A stretch of DNA of 64,000 nucleotides from Rhodosorus marinus CCMP1338 (lineage: Eukaryota; Plantae; Rhodophyta). This document shows positions 24,668-38,021 of this stretch, one piece after another (position 1 is the first letter of the stretch; each line of letters begins with the position of its first letter). The stretch spans positions 1,860,001-1,924,000 of the forward strand of contig JAMWBK010000002.1 of NCBI GenBank assembly GCA_029953675.1, written 5' to 3'. The translations under genes were made by a program, and so were the position numbers. Under the pieces are notes generated by a model. It was not told the DNA's origin, did no database searches, and was given only the letters and a program-made list of their open reading frames with translations.

Positions 24668-25626
24668 CTAATCAGGATCTCGTCGGGGGCTGTATATAAC
24701 TGTGGTCACGTATTTACCACGCCATCGGCGCGTTATCCCCAGCACTGTAATGTTTTCGTCCTCAAAATGCCTCGTCGCAGTGTTCAGATGTCCTACACAT
24801 ACATGGCTTGGAATGTCGAGTTGTCCGCCTCCCCGCTCTTTGTTCAAAATTGGATCTCTATATAGCTCAGGTAGCTCAGGGATCTCAGACATGCGCAGCT
24901 CGTCTGTGTTGGGTACGGAATCATCGTATGTTTCAAGTGGGGAGAGCGGCTCCGCAGCCATTGGAGCCTCGTTGGGATCAAAAGCCGATTTTTGCTCTGC
25001 AACCTCTACCACGTTGTTCAGATTACCATGCTCGTCCCTCTCCGTGGGCTGCTCTCTATGCGGCCTCCACTCTCCGTCGACAATATATTTGTACTGGAAC
25101 TTTCCCACCTGAGAAAACAACAGTAAAGTTAACGGAGCTCGCTCTGGTAGAGGGAGGCTCACCTTCGAAGATTAAGATTCGGCTTTCAAGCATGTCTTTG
25201 AGCTTACCGGAAGGAGAAGGACAGCAGTAAACTCGTTTCCAAATCGCGAGAGTGGCTGTTTCGTTTGCCATTGATCCCACGCTCCAGTAACGTATATTTG
25301 CTGGCCTCCAAGATTCCAAGAAAAGGTCGTTGGTACTGGCGAGTCGAGATCTACCACGAAAGAAGAGGAAAACCGAACAAGAAAACAAAAGCAAAGATTC
25401 AGTACCCATCAGCTTGTCTCCATCCGATCCAAAAAGGGAAAAACTTTCAGTTAAACCTACCGACTTCCCCTCCAGCAACACCCAGATCCCCAAACCGACC
25501 TACCGATTCAGCCTCCTCCACGCCGATCTGCCCTCCAACAGCGCCCACCACACCTTCCCCCATCGATTCCGACATCGATAACGACGTCGGAACCGCAAAA
25601 CTTGGTCGTGATGATGAAGTCCCCAT
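24668..25626 (-). CDS. AMPK/SnRK1 beta subunit (CBM48 plus ASC domain); 5' exon uncertain
   Basis: Exon 25350-25208 VPTTFSWNLGGQQIYVTGAWDQW and exon 25108-24668 GKFQYKYIVDGEW...PSHVCVGHL...RWRGKYVTTVIYSP. Candidate start MGTSSSR (25626) fits the N-myristoylation motif MGxxxS, but its splice to the next exon was not resolved. Confidence 0.85.
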
Positions 25627-27025
25627 CCAAAGTTACTCCCCATCCACTACTTCATATATATATATGTATATATATATATTCTAATTACAAACCCATCCTC
25701 CCCACCCCACCCCCACCACCCCCTCCCCAAGCCCTCCCTACCTTAACCAATATCCTTCATTATTTACTCTTCACAGAATTACATATCTCCAATCTCCACC
25801 CAATGTCAAACTCACAACATTTCAGAATCTCTCCCACTGCTTCTCTCACAAGGAACTCGTCCCCTCCACCATCATCACAATCTAACCATCACCGTCCCAC
25901 CCTCCCCTGCCCAACCAACAAAAGAAACCATCCAATCTGACGCATCCTTCCCATCGCTCCAAATACTAACAACATGATGTCAACTAACCCCTTATACGAA
26001 TTCGATCAATTTTCTACTAAACTCCTTACCCTTTACATAAGTTTTATATTCGATTTTAATTGTATTAATAAAACTTTTAGAGGCTGTTTCGTACGGGCTA
26101 AATTGGGGATATTCCCAAATGGAAGAATGCGGGTGAAGTGGGGGGGCTGGTTGGAGTGGATTGTCAAGGTCGATGGAGGTGAGGAAGTTCGGGAAAGGGT
26201 CTGTATGAATTGGGAGGGAGTCGGGAAAGATTATTGATGGTTTGGGGGTTAAGATTCGTAACTTTGAGAACTAGTTGTTTCCCTCCCCCACTCCCCCCTT
26301 TTGTATTCTCCATGTGATCTTGGGTTGTTTTCACAACGGCCGTGGACTGGTTTTGGAAGAATGAGCGACTGAAAATGATTGAGCTGATCATTTCCAGTTC
26401 TCTCCCTCTCTAGTCACACTGAGCCCACTCTGTTTGATTTTTTTGAAAAGAAATCCTGCCATTCGGGTAGATTGACCCTTCCAAGCTCATTGCTTCACTC
26501 TGTACGGGCAGCGGTGATTGAAGCGGAGCCGCTTGTACGCTTTCAGAACATGTGAAAAAGCACTTCAGCGTCTTGTCGGAGACCTATCTAGTTCCGGTAG
26601 GAAATATGCTGATCAAGTGCTCATGTATGAGGCCTGGCTTGAGGAATCCCTTACGTCGAAAGGCTTTGTTTAGCCGTCAAGTTCGCTTGAACCTGCAGGA
26701 GCTCAAAGCACCATGCTGGGAAATAGAAAGGCCGAGTGTAGTCAATGATATGCTGTTCTTGCCCGCTGTTTTAGTGTTCCTCTGATACTCCTTAACGCGG
26801 AGCCCGCTCGTGGGCGGAGGAAGTAGTTGCTGGAAGTTGTAGCCAATTCATGTAGAAATTGGGTACAAGGGCGAGAACCGTTTTCGAAAGTCGTGATGTA
26901 CTGAAGAATTTTGCAACATAGGAGCATAAAGATATGGCGGTGGTCAAGTTCCAAAAATGCGCTTGTTCCTCTCGAGGCCCAATTCGCTAGTTCCGTTCTT
27001 GGAGCGTGCATTAAAGACAGTATTT

Positions 27026-28921
27026 TCAAACCATAACTGGCTGCACAATAGTTTTGAGCTTCTCATAGGCGCTTTCCAAACTGTCGTTCACGATCGTGTA
27101 GTCGAAGGTCTCAGTAGTTGCTGCAAAGGTCATTTCCTTCAGGGCATCGGCAAGCCTCGTATTGAGGATCTCCTCGTCCTCAGTCCCTCTCTCGCGGAGA
27201 CGCCGCTCCAGGGTGTCCATATCAGGCGGTGCTACCCAGATATACAAAGCATCCGCAATTTGTTTCTCGCTCATCATTCGCACTCCTTGAATGTCAAGAT
27301 CCAGAACGCATGTACGACCCGAACCCACAATCTGAAGAGCAGAGAGCAGATCTCATCGTCAGAATTACTGGCCAGGTACGGGAACATCAACCTATGATAT
27401 TACCTTTTCCAGGGAATCTTCTGTTGTTCCGTACAAGTTGCCGTGAACCTCAGCCCATTCCAGGAACTCCCCGCGATCAACCTTATCCTTAAACTCTTCC
27501 CTCCTCACAAAGTTATAGTCAACACCGTCCACTTCCGAGCTTCGCGGAGCACGTGTCGTCGTGCTCACAGAGAAGCCCAATGTTTCAGGATTCTCTTTCA
27601 AAAGCCTCCTAATCATAGTGGATTTTCCAACTCCAGAACATCCACTGATGATAACGAGGTTTCCTCTCGCAACTGCTGACGCGTTCTGAACAGGAAACAG
27701 GAACAAGTTAGACCCAATCGAAAATGCCGTCTGAAGCGCATGAAAACCGTTGTGACCGAACATCTGTTGGAACTTACTGCTTCATCAGCTTTCCTCTTTT
27801 CTGCCATGGACTGAGCCGTAGCTATCATCGTTGAAAGAGTCCCTCGCGGTTTTACTTTTGTCTGCTTCAGATCTGAAACCAATTCTTGTGCACTTTGTCC
27901 AAACAAAGGGACTCTGAAGCTCAAGAATCCAACAGCGGCAGTAAGAACTTCAGGTTTTGGAAGTGAAAACAGTTGAAACCCTATGAAAAGCGGAACTATA
28001 TAGTGAGAAGTAACGAGAATTGGCACGCCCGTGATGCTTCCATTTCCATACCGTCATTGTGTAGTATCAAGAGGACCACAAAAGGGACGACCGGAAGCAG
28101 AAATCTTCCGATGTTTATAGTAATGCCGGATCCTACTCTATCAGTAGCGCGTTGAAGGAATGCCAGGTACCCGACGCCACAGACTGACCCGATTCCAAAA
28201 GTCAAGCCGAGAAATGGACTTGCGAAAATGCCCACAGCGGCTGCTCCAGCAGCACCGGTGAACTATTTGAAAAGCGTTTGCGATTGGTAAGTGAAGTGGA
28301 AGCAGTTGGACTAGGTGTATCAGCTTTTGAAAAGAAGAGTGCAGCTCTTACAGCTGCTTGTCTGAGCAACTTAGCTTTCAGAGCCGCGTATTCTTCAAGG
28401 AACTGCTCTCTTTTGGCAGGGTCAACCTGTGGGATCACAGGGTACCCATCATTCACGTCGTTCACTAGGTAAGCATCTTGCTTCTCTACCACTGTCGCCG
28501 TGGCAGAGCGAACGTCCGCGACATCATACCACCTGCGCTTCTAAGCAGACAGGAAAACGAGCACTCTCCAGTGAAAAAGAAGGTCACGATGTCATGGAAC
28601 AAAACCCTAATCACACACCTGTTTGGACAAATTTCTCGGTCTGGCGTAAAGACTTCCCCCAACAGACTTCAACTCGATCACATCAACGACCGCTGAAGTC
28701 TTATCCTCCCTCAGCTGGACATTATCCACCAAACCCACGGACTCCTGCCCAGGCCACTTCCCAGGTGTAATAACAATCTGTCCTTCCGAAGGAACAAAAA
28801 ACCCACGTCCATCGATCACCTTTGTCTTATCCTTACTCTCACCACAACAAACTACCCCCTTCCTCCTCCTGCCCCCAACTCTAAATCCACTGCCACACAC
28901 AAAGCCAATCCTTCTATCCAT
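27026..28921 (-). CDS. gmk: Plastid-targeted fusion: transit peptide, SH3/KOW-like domain, Atp1/CGL160-like multi-TM domain, guanylate kinase; 6 exons (28921-28619, 28540-28352, 28262-28052, 27995-27778, 27685-27404, 27331-27026), 502 aa
   Basis: GK motifs ISGCSGVGKST, FSVSTTTRAPR..EVDGVDYNF, FLEWAEVHGNLYGT, LDLDIQG. Upstream EEYAALKAKLL...GYLAFLQR...RFLLPVV...VGFLSFRV resembles CGL160/Atp1. All five introns are phase-consistent. Confidence 0.85.
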
Positions 28922-30565
28922 CCTCCTCCTCTCTCCGCCCTCCCACCCCCCAAAAAGCAAAGATCGATGTCAGTACTACTTCATCCTCCCACTTCACCGA
29001 TCACCGCCCTCTCCACACGTCCTCCCCAGCATATTCACAGCTCAGTTTCCCTGACCTTCAGAAGGACACTTCGCCGAAAAAAAACAGACCAGTTTCCCTT
29101 GCCTTTTAAGAAGACGATGACGAAGACGACCGACGCCTCCCCTGAAAAAGCCGCGCTCTCAACTCTCAACTAACTCAGAAGACCTTTATGCCAAACTTGC
29201 ACTGCTACTCATCGCCGGTCCGGTTCATAATCACGACCAATCTCGTCACTCAAAGATTGGAAATGAAAACGGCACCTTATTCGGCAACCGCGTAGGATCT
29301 GCCGACTCCTGCTCCTTCCAGCTGCCGTCGCCGGGTAGTGAAAGTACTCTTTATGTCCATCGGTCTGGTGGAGGAGGCTCAAACAGCTTTGAGAATGAAG
29401 TGGCTCCAGTCTTATTAGTTGGAACCAGGCACCATGGCGGAGAGAACCCTCGGCGGGACGCGTGTACCAAGCATTGTTGTCTATTTCGAAATACTGTCGT
29501 TGTACTAATGAGAGCGCTCCACATACATCGATTGTTCTGCTTCAAGAGGGTGCAATCGGTTTCCAGAATGAAGTGGCTCTGGTCTACCTGGTAGGAACAA
29601 GGCTTTCGGTTTTGCTTAAGGGATGAGCCGCTTGCTGACTCTTCCCGTCTTCCTAATTGATTTGAAGAAGAAGGGTTGCGCTAAGTCGAGTCAGACCGTC
29701 GAAATTTGGTTTCCCCCTTGAGCAAGCGAATCATGATCCACATTATCGAGTTGATGGTGTACGTCTGGATCTTGAGCGTCATAGGCATGTGCTTAGTTGA
29801 TGTTATTAGCTCGGGTAGGCAAGAATTTAAAACTCGTCGAGTGGATGGTTTCACATTAAGCCAAGAATGCCAACCGATAACCGGACCGCAAGCGGACATG
29901 AAGCGCGGGTTCTGGTCTGTATGATAGTGGTTGCGTGATGGAGCTAAAACATCTCTGACAGGCTATATGGATTGGATCTCCTGCTCATGTCAATTGACAT
30001 GACTTGATAAGAAGAGTCTGCGGAAGCAATCCGATCCAGGCCCCCAACCCATCGTCCTATTCAGTCCATTGCGACCACGAGGACGTTTTGTATGCAATCA
30101 GCGATGTCGATCATGGCAGTGGATAACTGATAATCGTCGCGGCCAGAGTATGATCTCATCGCACACTTCCTTGTCAGACTGGTCCACCCCCAAAGGGAAG
30201 AATTGGGCACATTCGTTCCGGTTTATTAAAGCTACTTGCTCGAATGTTACCTACCCTTTCCTGATGGCATTCTCAACGCGTAGACGTGAAGGAAAGCTCC
30301 AGACGCTGAAGGCGCCAGTTCGGCCACCAAGGGCGGATCACCGCTGAACTCTCGGTCAAGGGTTTTCGTGGTGGTCGCAAGCCTGAATCACGCCAAAACA
30401 GACCGTGCGAAATAACATAGAAAAAAAAACATCCACTGCGGCGAACTGGCAAGGCGTTTTGTATATCATAGTCTAGAACCCAACTGAGTCTCCACGACTT
30501 GACCACCAAGGCTGAGTCAGCTCTACCGTAGGGTCATAAAAACAGGTTCAAACTTGCGCAGGTTT

Positions 30566-31960
30566 TCAGTCGCTGAAGACTGCTGCACTTCCAAGCTCCT
30601 GTCCTTCGAGTCCGTTCTCTATGACGTCCTTGAAAAAGTCTTCCAAAGTATCGTTACCGTACTCGGGTCCAACCATATCCTGAACCGCGTAGTATTTTCC
30701 AATCCTTGCAAACTCCGCTGCATCCTTTGCGCCGGGCAGTAGCTTGCTGACGAAGTCCAGAACGGAAATGCCGACGTCCATAACACTGTGCAGCCAACGA
30801 AGAGAGAATGAAGAGGGAAGAGGCGAACGACCTGAACAGGTGATTTCCAAAGCTGGGAGCATCTCTGGATAATAAAAGGAACGACACAGAACTTACCCAA
30901 TGGGTGCCTTCGAAAACTTGGGCTCTCTATCTAAGAGTCTGAAGAGAATTTCAGCCTGTTCCTTTGGGGTGACAGGTTTCCCAGGACCGCCAACGGGAAG
31001 AATTTGGTTGCGCTTTGAAGGATCAGAACAGCAGTTTGCGATGAAGTCTGCAAGATCCCGTTCGCTTATTGCATTGCATTTGCTCAGCTCCCCGTCCCCG
31101 AACATGATATAAGCACTCCCATCCTTAACACGTTTCACCTGGCCTGTTGACAGTTGAACAGATCGCTATGTTCAGCCGACCGGGACCTCGACCTGCAGAA
31201 TATTTTCTCTTCCCCTTACTCACCAGCAAGCGACTTGAAGAACGCAGTAGGTCTAACAATCGAATAGCTGAAGGATTCATCCTTTTCAGCAAGCTCCTGG
31301 AGTTTAGCTTCAAACTTCAGCTTCGCCCGCTGAAACTCCAGAAGAGGCTTCTCCACACATATCGCAGAGAGGAGAATAAAATGACGAGCGCCTCCAGTGT
31401 ACCCTTCCTCAAGACAATTCAAAGTAGCATGATAGTCGATCTTGTTGGAATCCTCAATTCCTCCGCTCCGAGATGCCAGGCACGATACCATAACAGTAGA
31501 TTTGGCGTTGGATTCGACATCAAAGGCGTTCGCCACGCTCGTCCGGTCTGAAACGTTTCCCGTAATGACCTATGACGAGGTTAGGGTCAGACTTTTAGCG
31601 CTCAGGGTCATCCAAAAAAAGACGGATGGATGCAGCTCTAACCTGCACAGCCGCAGGGAAATCCTTTCTCACGTCATCCACACTGTTTTTGCCTTTTACA
31701 CCAGATTTTTCCCTCGTAAACGCACTGACCTGATATCCCCGATTTGCAAACTCAGTCGTAACATATCTCCCAATGTATCCAGTAGCGCCGAACACCACAA
31801 CCCGAACATCCTCTGGTGAAGTCGAAGAATCATAAATGCCTTCATCAACCCGATCCATTCGCGGCCCAACCACACGACGTCTTCTCCCTCGCTCACACAC
31901 TCCTTTCCCAGCCTTCAACTCACCCAACCCAATACCACCACCAACACCAATGAAAGCCAT
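30566..31960 (-). CDS. DVR: Divinyl chlorophyllide a 8-vinyl reductase (NADPH type), plastid-targeted, 4 exons
   Basis: MAF transit peptide; [66 protein letters not shown]. Confidence 0.95.
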
Positions 31961-32237
31961 CGCTCTAACCTTCCAAACAAATCCTCAAACTTCTTCCTCT
32001 GCAGTGAAAATGCTGAATCCAACAAAAAAAACACCTGAAAAGGTCACGCCAATTGCAAAAACGTCAAATCCTGACGCCAACCCTCCCTTCGATAAGGGCT
32101 TAGCGCATCCCACCATCCCCACAAGAGCAAAAGCAAAGCTCGCGGATCGACCCTCACCGCGCGAGCTCACATTCAATCACGTTTGGACCATAATGATTAG
32201 ATCAATCAATAAACCAGTTTTACTATTTTAGCTTAAG

Positions 32238-32311
32238 TAGTCTATGCTGAGATCAATAACAATTGATCTCAGCATAGACTAGCGCGCACAGAGACAACAG
32301 TCCCTGTGCGC
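32238..32311. repeat. Two adjacent inverted repeats (20-bp perfect and 12-bp with one mismatch), both with an AACA loop
   Basis: TAGTCTATGCTGAGATCAAT-AACA-ATTGATCTCAGCATAGACTA, then GC, then GCGCACAGAGAC-AACA-GTCCCTGTGCGC. Confidence 0.95.
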
Positions 32312-35124
32312 ATTTTAGAGAGGATTGGCACTTGATTATGAAAGATTCTGGAGAATGGGTTTAGCTTTAGAAATATCTTTATTTAAAGCACCTAGTTTCT
32401 AATTAAGAAACTCTTATTTCGAATTTCATGATAAAAATGAGTACTAGGCCTTAAGTTGGGGAGAATTAGATCTTGTCTGAGTGTTCGGGTCTTCTAAGAG
32501 TTTTTTGGAAGAGGTGGGAGCTGCTAGATGTCTTCATCGCGTGCGCATCGAAGTGGGTGGGGGCTTTTGGTCGGTGTGGGGACGGTATGCGTCTGGGGGT
32601 TTCAAAAATGCGCATGCTGAATTGAAGATCCATCTGGATTCTGACCTACTCACACAGAACGGATAGAGCAAGTGCCTGTGCTATGGCGTCCTCTCTGCCG
32701 CGCGTAGGATGACGCGGGGGATGTTCGAAGACGGCAATTTGCGATCTGACACTCTTCTGCTCGTTATCCCAGTTGGGACGGAATGGATCATGTCAAGATA
32801 AGAAGCTCAAAGGTCGCCGGGTAAGCCCCGGTGGCCCGGTGGGCTAGCGCGACGTCGAAGTGGTCGGGGGGAAGAGCACAAGCGATTGACGGCTTTGGCG
32901 ATCAACAATTTGAAAATCGTGCCCGGAGCCTGGGAACCAGAAACCAACGGAAAGCAAAAAAATGCGATCCACGATCTTCGCATGCACCTTAACTTGAATC
33001 CACGGATCAGGTATCCGGGGCCGTAAGATCTGGACAATTCTCTCCCTATCGGAACTCATCCTATCACAATTTCCCCACAAGACTTACGCAACGATCTTTT
33101 CCACTCACGACTACCACGATGGCTTCCACAAATCATCATCATCATGATAGAATCACACATGCTTCCATCCCAAACCGTGGGACATCTGGCATTGATTGAA
33201 GCCCGAAAACGAAACAATTGTCACGTATCCATATCCTACTCTACCCCTGATACCCACCCTCCTCCCTTCCAATCCTTTATTGAATCACCTCACATCTCAT
33301 ATCTTATGAATAACACTTGACCCAGCCTTTGCAGACCAAGAAATCAACCCACTCCAAACCCAACCACCCCGACTTGCCATTGCCAGCAAAGGGGTTGGAC
33401 AAGCCAGGATAAAAAATCATATCTTCGAAATCATGCAAACTCAGGACATTTATGACTAGCCCAACCTAAACCCACAAGACCCCTCGGAAACTAATGTCTA
33501 AATCCGAACACACAAAAAAAACAAACTATGCACCTTCACAGAGACGAAACAAAGTAACTCCAAAACAAAAGAAAACCTTACAATGGTATCCGCTAATACA
33601 CCAAAAACTTCGTCTACCGTCCGTTCCCGCCTTCCTCAACAAGATGATCCTAAACTCCACCACCCATGCTGGATGATGGCAAGCCACTCCACTATTCGTT
33701 CAGCTAAAAATTTGTAACATGACTCAAAATGCAGGAGGACCCGGGGGGGGGAGGCGAAGCGAGCGGTGGGTGAGTGAAAGAACAGAAAAATGGCTTCAAA
33801 AAAAATTTGTAAAAGGGGGTAAAATCACCCACAACGGCAAAATCCAACTTTGAACCAAAGGGGGCCATCACAGGATTCAAAACCAATTAGGAAACTAGAC
33901 AGATCTTGATTGGTTTTTGTGCAACTGACCCTTTTTTTATTGGTTAACTACAAACGGACAACTGATTTTCTTCCACTAACATCGGTGAGGAGTAGAGCCC
34001 GCCCATGCGAAAAAAAAAGTATCATGGAAGAAAAAACAAAACCGTGCATGGGAGCTCTTGCGCAGCCGACGAAAGTTTTTCCTTTCAAGGTAGTCCTAAA
34101 ACGCTACACGAGCTTTCCTAACCCCTAAGATTTCAGGGACGAATCCACACCAAGACATCCAAAATACGGCTAAACTTGTTTTATATTCAATAACTCGGAA
34201 CTTTCCGCACTTGATTCACCCCGCCTATTCTTGTGGCCTGGAAGAATCAACATAGAATCCTAAGCAAGAATATTTTGTTTTTCACTATTTTGGAACAACG
34301 TTTACGCATGTGAATGGCTGACAAACCCGATTTGATTTTATGCTATTTTATTTACAAATTACACGATCTAGTCACTTGTGGAACACATTCAAATCTTAGA
34401 TCATTGTTATTGGATAATTTCGGCGCTCAATACTCAATCAAAGGGTTTGATAAGGACCAACAAGAAGCCAGAATTTCCAAGAATGATGTTGGCATTTTTT
34501 CTTCGTTCATATAAAAGTTTTTGCATGAACCAATTCTAGAGAAAAGGAAAGGGGGGGGGGGTTGGGAAACACGCGACATTCCATGCCCTTCCCAATTTGC
34601 ATTATCCAATCAGAACATTGCAATTCTGAATTTCTCCATGGGGCGGATTTTTCCTTTTCCCCCCTTGAAGAAGTTGAACCACACTCTAGTGGTGATATCA
34701 TGAAGGGGTGGAAATGAAATCCTTCCAGCCAAGCAACTTGGATTTTTAGAAATAATATGAGCATGTTTTCTTCAACAGAAATAACACACCTGCATGAGGT
34801 TTCGCTTGCATTCCTGACAGCAATTGAGGGGGGTATATTTTAAGCTTCTGCAAGCTTGATGACTGGGGTGGAAAATCGGGTTGAGGGGTCTGTGGGCTAA
34901 GAATCCCGCTCATGCCATTCCGAGACATTTCCCACAATGGCAGTGCACAATGGCAGTGGACTTGGAGAGTATATAGTGGCAAGCATGAGAAGGTGATGAG
35001 GGGCGAATGTTTGGGGTACCGCCACAGAACGCGTTAACTTTGCTGGGTAGGAGGACGTAGCACCTAGTTGTACAGCGAGTGTATATTTTTGTTGTGGGTA
35101 GGCGTTTTTGGGAAATCTGGAGCG

Positions 35125-35661
35125 ATGGCATTTGTAAGTTCGTTTTTGGGTCAGAGTACGAGCGCGTGGCGTAGCCATAACGACACCATGTGCTCGTGTA
35201 CAATGGCAACGGAGCCCTACCAGTTTGGCGATGAGCGATTGACGACCAAAAGGCAGGCCCTGGAGGATGCTTTCAAAGTCACGATGGTGCCCGATGCACA
35301 CAAAGGAAAGGTATGGTTGGAAGGAAACGCTCATATTCTTTGACAAAACGTTCGTGCTGACATATACCCTTCTTTGATCTTCGCTTTGCTTCTTCAGACG
35401 GGCACCTGCACGTGTATATTTTGCTCAGGGTCTGGAAAGAGAAAGTGCAGCTGGTGCAAAGGGCATGGTGTCAGACAAGAGCTTAAGGATCTTTCATGGG
35501 ACCAGATGAATCAGATGATGAATGATATCAAGTCCGGAAAGAAAAGTCCAAGTTCGTTAGAGACTGAACCGGTTGAGTGCCCCGCGTGCAAAGGAACAAC
35601 CATGCTTAAGTGTGGCTACTGCCAGGGAGCAGGGACCGGCAGCTATGGATTCGCGCACTGA
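35125..35661 (+). CDS. Plastid DnaJ-like zinc-finger protein (no J domain), 2 exons (35125-35310, 35398-35661), 149 aa
   Basis: MAFVSSF transit peptide; four CxxCxG motifs (CIFCSGSG, CSWCKGHG, CPACKG, CGYCQGAG); phase-0 GT-AG intron. Confidence 0.85.
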
Positions 35662-38021
35662 AATCTAGAATCGGCTTGTTCCAGTTCGGAGGACTCTGCT
35701 CCTTGCGACTGGAGGGTAGATGATTTCAGTTGACTCGTATCTAATTATCTTGGGTTCAGCAAATCGCGCTTCGAGTAATTTCAAAGTATATAATCAAGCC
35801 TGGGGGATATGGCTTGAGGGGAGGGTGTGAGCGTGTTCAGGATCTGTCAAATCATATAGCAGCTAGACAGGTCAAAAATAATTCTTTTCGGGGCAAAGCC
35901 TCTTTACTGTAGAAAGCAATCTGTATACTAAAATGAAAAATTTTCCATCACAAGAAACTGGCTCTCGGTGCAAAATCTCGCCTGCCGTGTAAGCTTTTTG
36001 AAGCGCGAATCAGTTCTTTTACATATGTAGGATGGACTAATAAAGTTATAGACAAATGTCCATTTCAATCAATCATCAGATCGCGGCCTTCAGCCCCATC
36101 CACACTTCTATCACTACACTTTTCATTTGGTTTGAAAACGGTGTTAACTCCTCAGGAAGAGATTGAAGTGATATGTTACCGGACCGCTCAGGAAGGTCGG
36201 TATTGAGAAATTGATACACAAATATTTCCGTCTTCACAAAAATTTTCATTGATATGAACGAATACGTTCAAACACATCCGTTTTGACCGATCGGATAGAA
36301 ACACATCAAACTCAACATATCAAATGCTTCCACTGCAGCCGTTAGCTTTCAACTTCGGCAGAAGAGGTCCAGGTTAATGGTGGTGATTTGAAGGCACTGG
36401 TGCCTTGCCATCTAAGACGTTATGCAGTTCTATTGGATTAGTTTCCACCCCCGATAAGACTGACCCCGATAAGACTGAGTGCGGTCTTACACTTCTTTTG
36501 CCTTCGACTACCCTTGGATCTCTCAAAGTCCATCCTTGGGTTTCTCCGCTTGAATTCGACTAGGGGGGTGCTAAAGAAAGGAAGGGAGGGGGTGGGGGGT
36601 GGTAGACTTCAGTCCCTTGGTCAAAGACCTAGGCTTTGCTAACTCGTATGCGCTTATCACCCGGCTTATGCTCTCGAGATGGAATCGGGTGGACTGGAGG
36701 CGCGAAAGGAGTGATACAGCAGCGGCGTATTGTTACGTTCTACTGATCAGCTCCTTGTTGAGTCTAGCAGTTGAGTACACTCAATAAGAAATATGTAGAC
36801 CGCCCTCCACCACTACAGTTAGCAGCAAGAATTGAAAGTGAAGATGAACCTGATTGCACTGTTTCATTTCGCCCCGGAGTTTTCGACACAGCAGAGGAAC
36901 CACCCCACTATGGACTGGAAGAAACTTCTCCTCCTCCTCCTCGCACGTCCTTGCTCAATTCCACTAAAGTTGTTCAGATTTGAACCGTTTAATATCGAAG
37001 ATGCTCAGCTTCCTTGTCATCGTCCCAGCAGACATAGGCCCGCCCCCGCTTCCCCACCAACCTTCATGATGCAACGTAAACCGACGAAAGCGGACTCGCC
37101 AATAAGCGTCATCTCGAAACAAGAGATATTCAATCGATATTATGATTTAGTTTTGTATAAACATAAATTAATGGATGATCAATCTTTTATATAGATTGAT
37201 TCACATATGGCACTTAGTATGTAGTTAAGCTCTGCAGTGTCTCTCCAGCTTCCTTTCGTCGATACGGTGCGACTGAAGAGGTTGTCCTTTCTTGTCGTTG
37301 ACTTTGCCTTCACCAGGTGTCCCCTACATGGATCGAACAGCACTGAACTGTGCTGACGCTGACAGGATCTCGAATAAAGGTCGGGATCATGAATCGAGCC
37401 ACCGTCGCTGCAAGAATCCATCCTCGCTCCGCTTCCCACTTCGGTTCATCCGACACGGTTCACTGGCTCTCCGGATTCAACCCAGCTAGGAATTGAAGTA
37501 CCACTGGCTGTGTCTCCCTTTCGGTATGAAGATACCTCGATATCGTAGCTCATTTCTCAGCGCGGTTCTTATCATGGCAGTCGCGCGAGTGACAAGGGCC
37601 CGAGTCCGGCGTCCCATGAACAGTCCGTCGGTGGCTGCTTTCTCGCACAGCTCTAGTACTACGGGTTACGAACATGGCGATCAAGGACCGATGTTTGTTC
37701 TTCCTGCTGAGGGAGAAATACCTTAGTGCCATAGCCATATGAAATGCTACGGGATGGAAGATGTTGGCAGGCGACATATCACAGGCAAACTTGCGGCACG
37801 AGGATCTGCAACGTACCGTGTTTGTGAGATTTGCCGAAATTGCTTACTGGCCAGGAGCGGTTGTGTTTGCAGTAGTAGCAAAAGTCGAAATTCTGGAGCG
37901 GTGTTTTTACGTCCCGTTGGGTGGAGTTTTCTCGTAGAGCAGATTCATGTCCCGCTATTGCTTGATTGTTTGGAGATGTGGAGAGGGTTCTGGCGTTGAG
38001 CTTTTGTGAAGAAGGTGGAGT

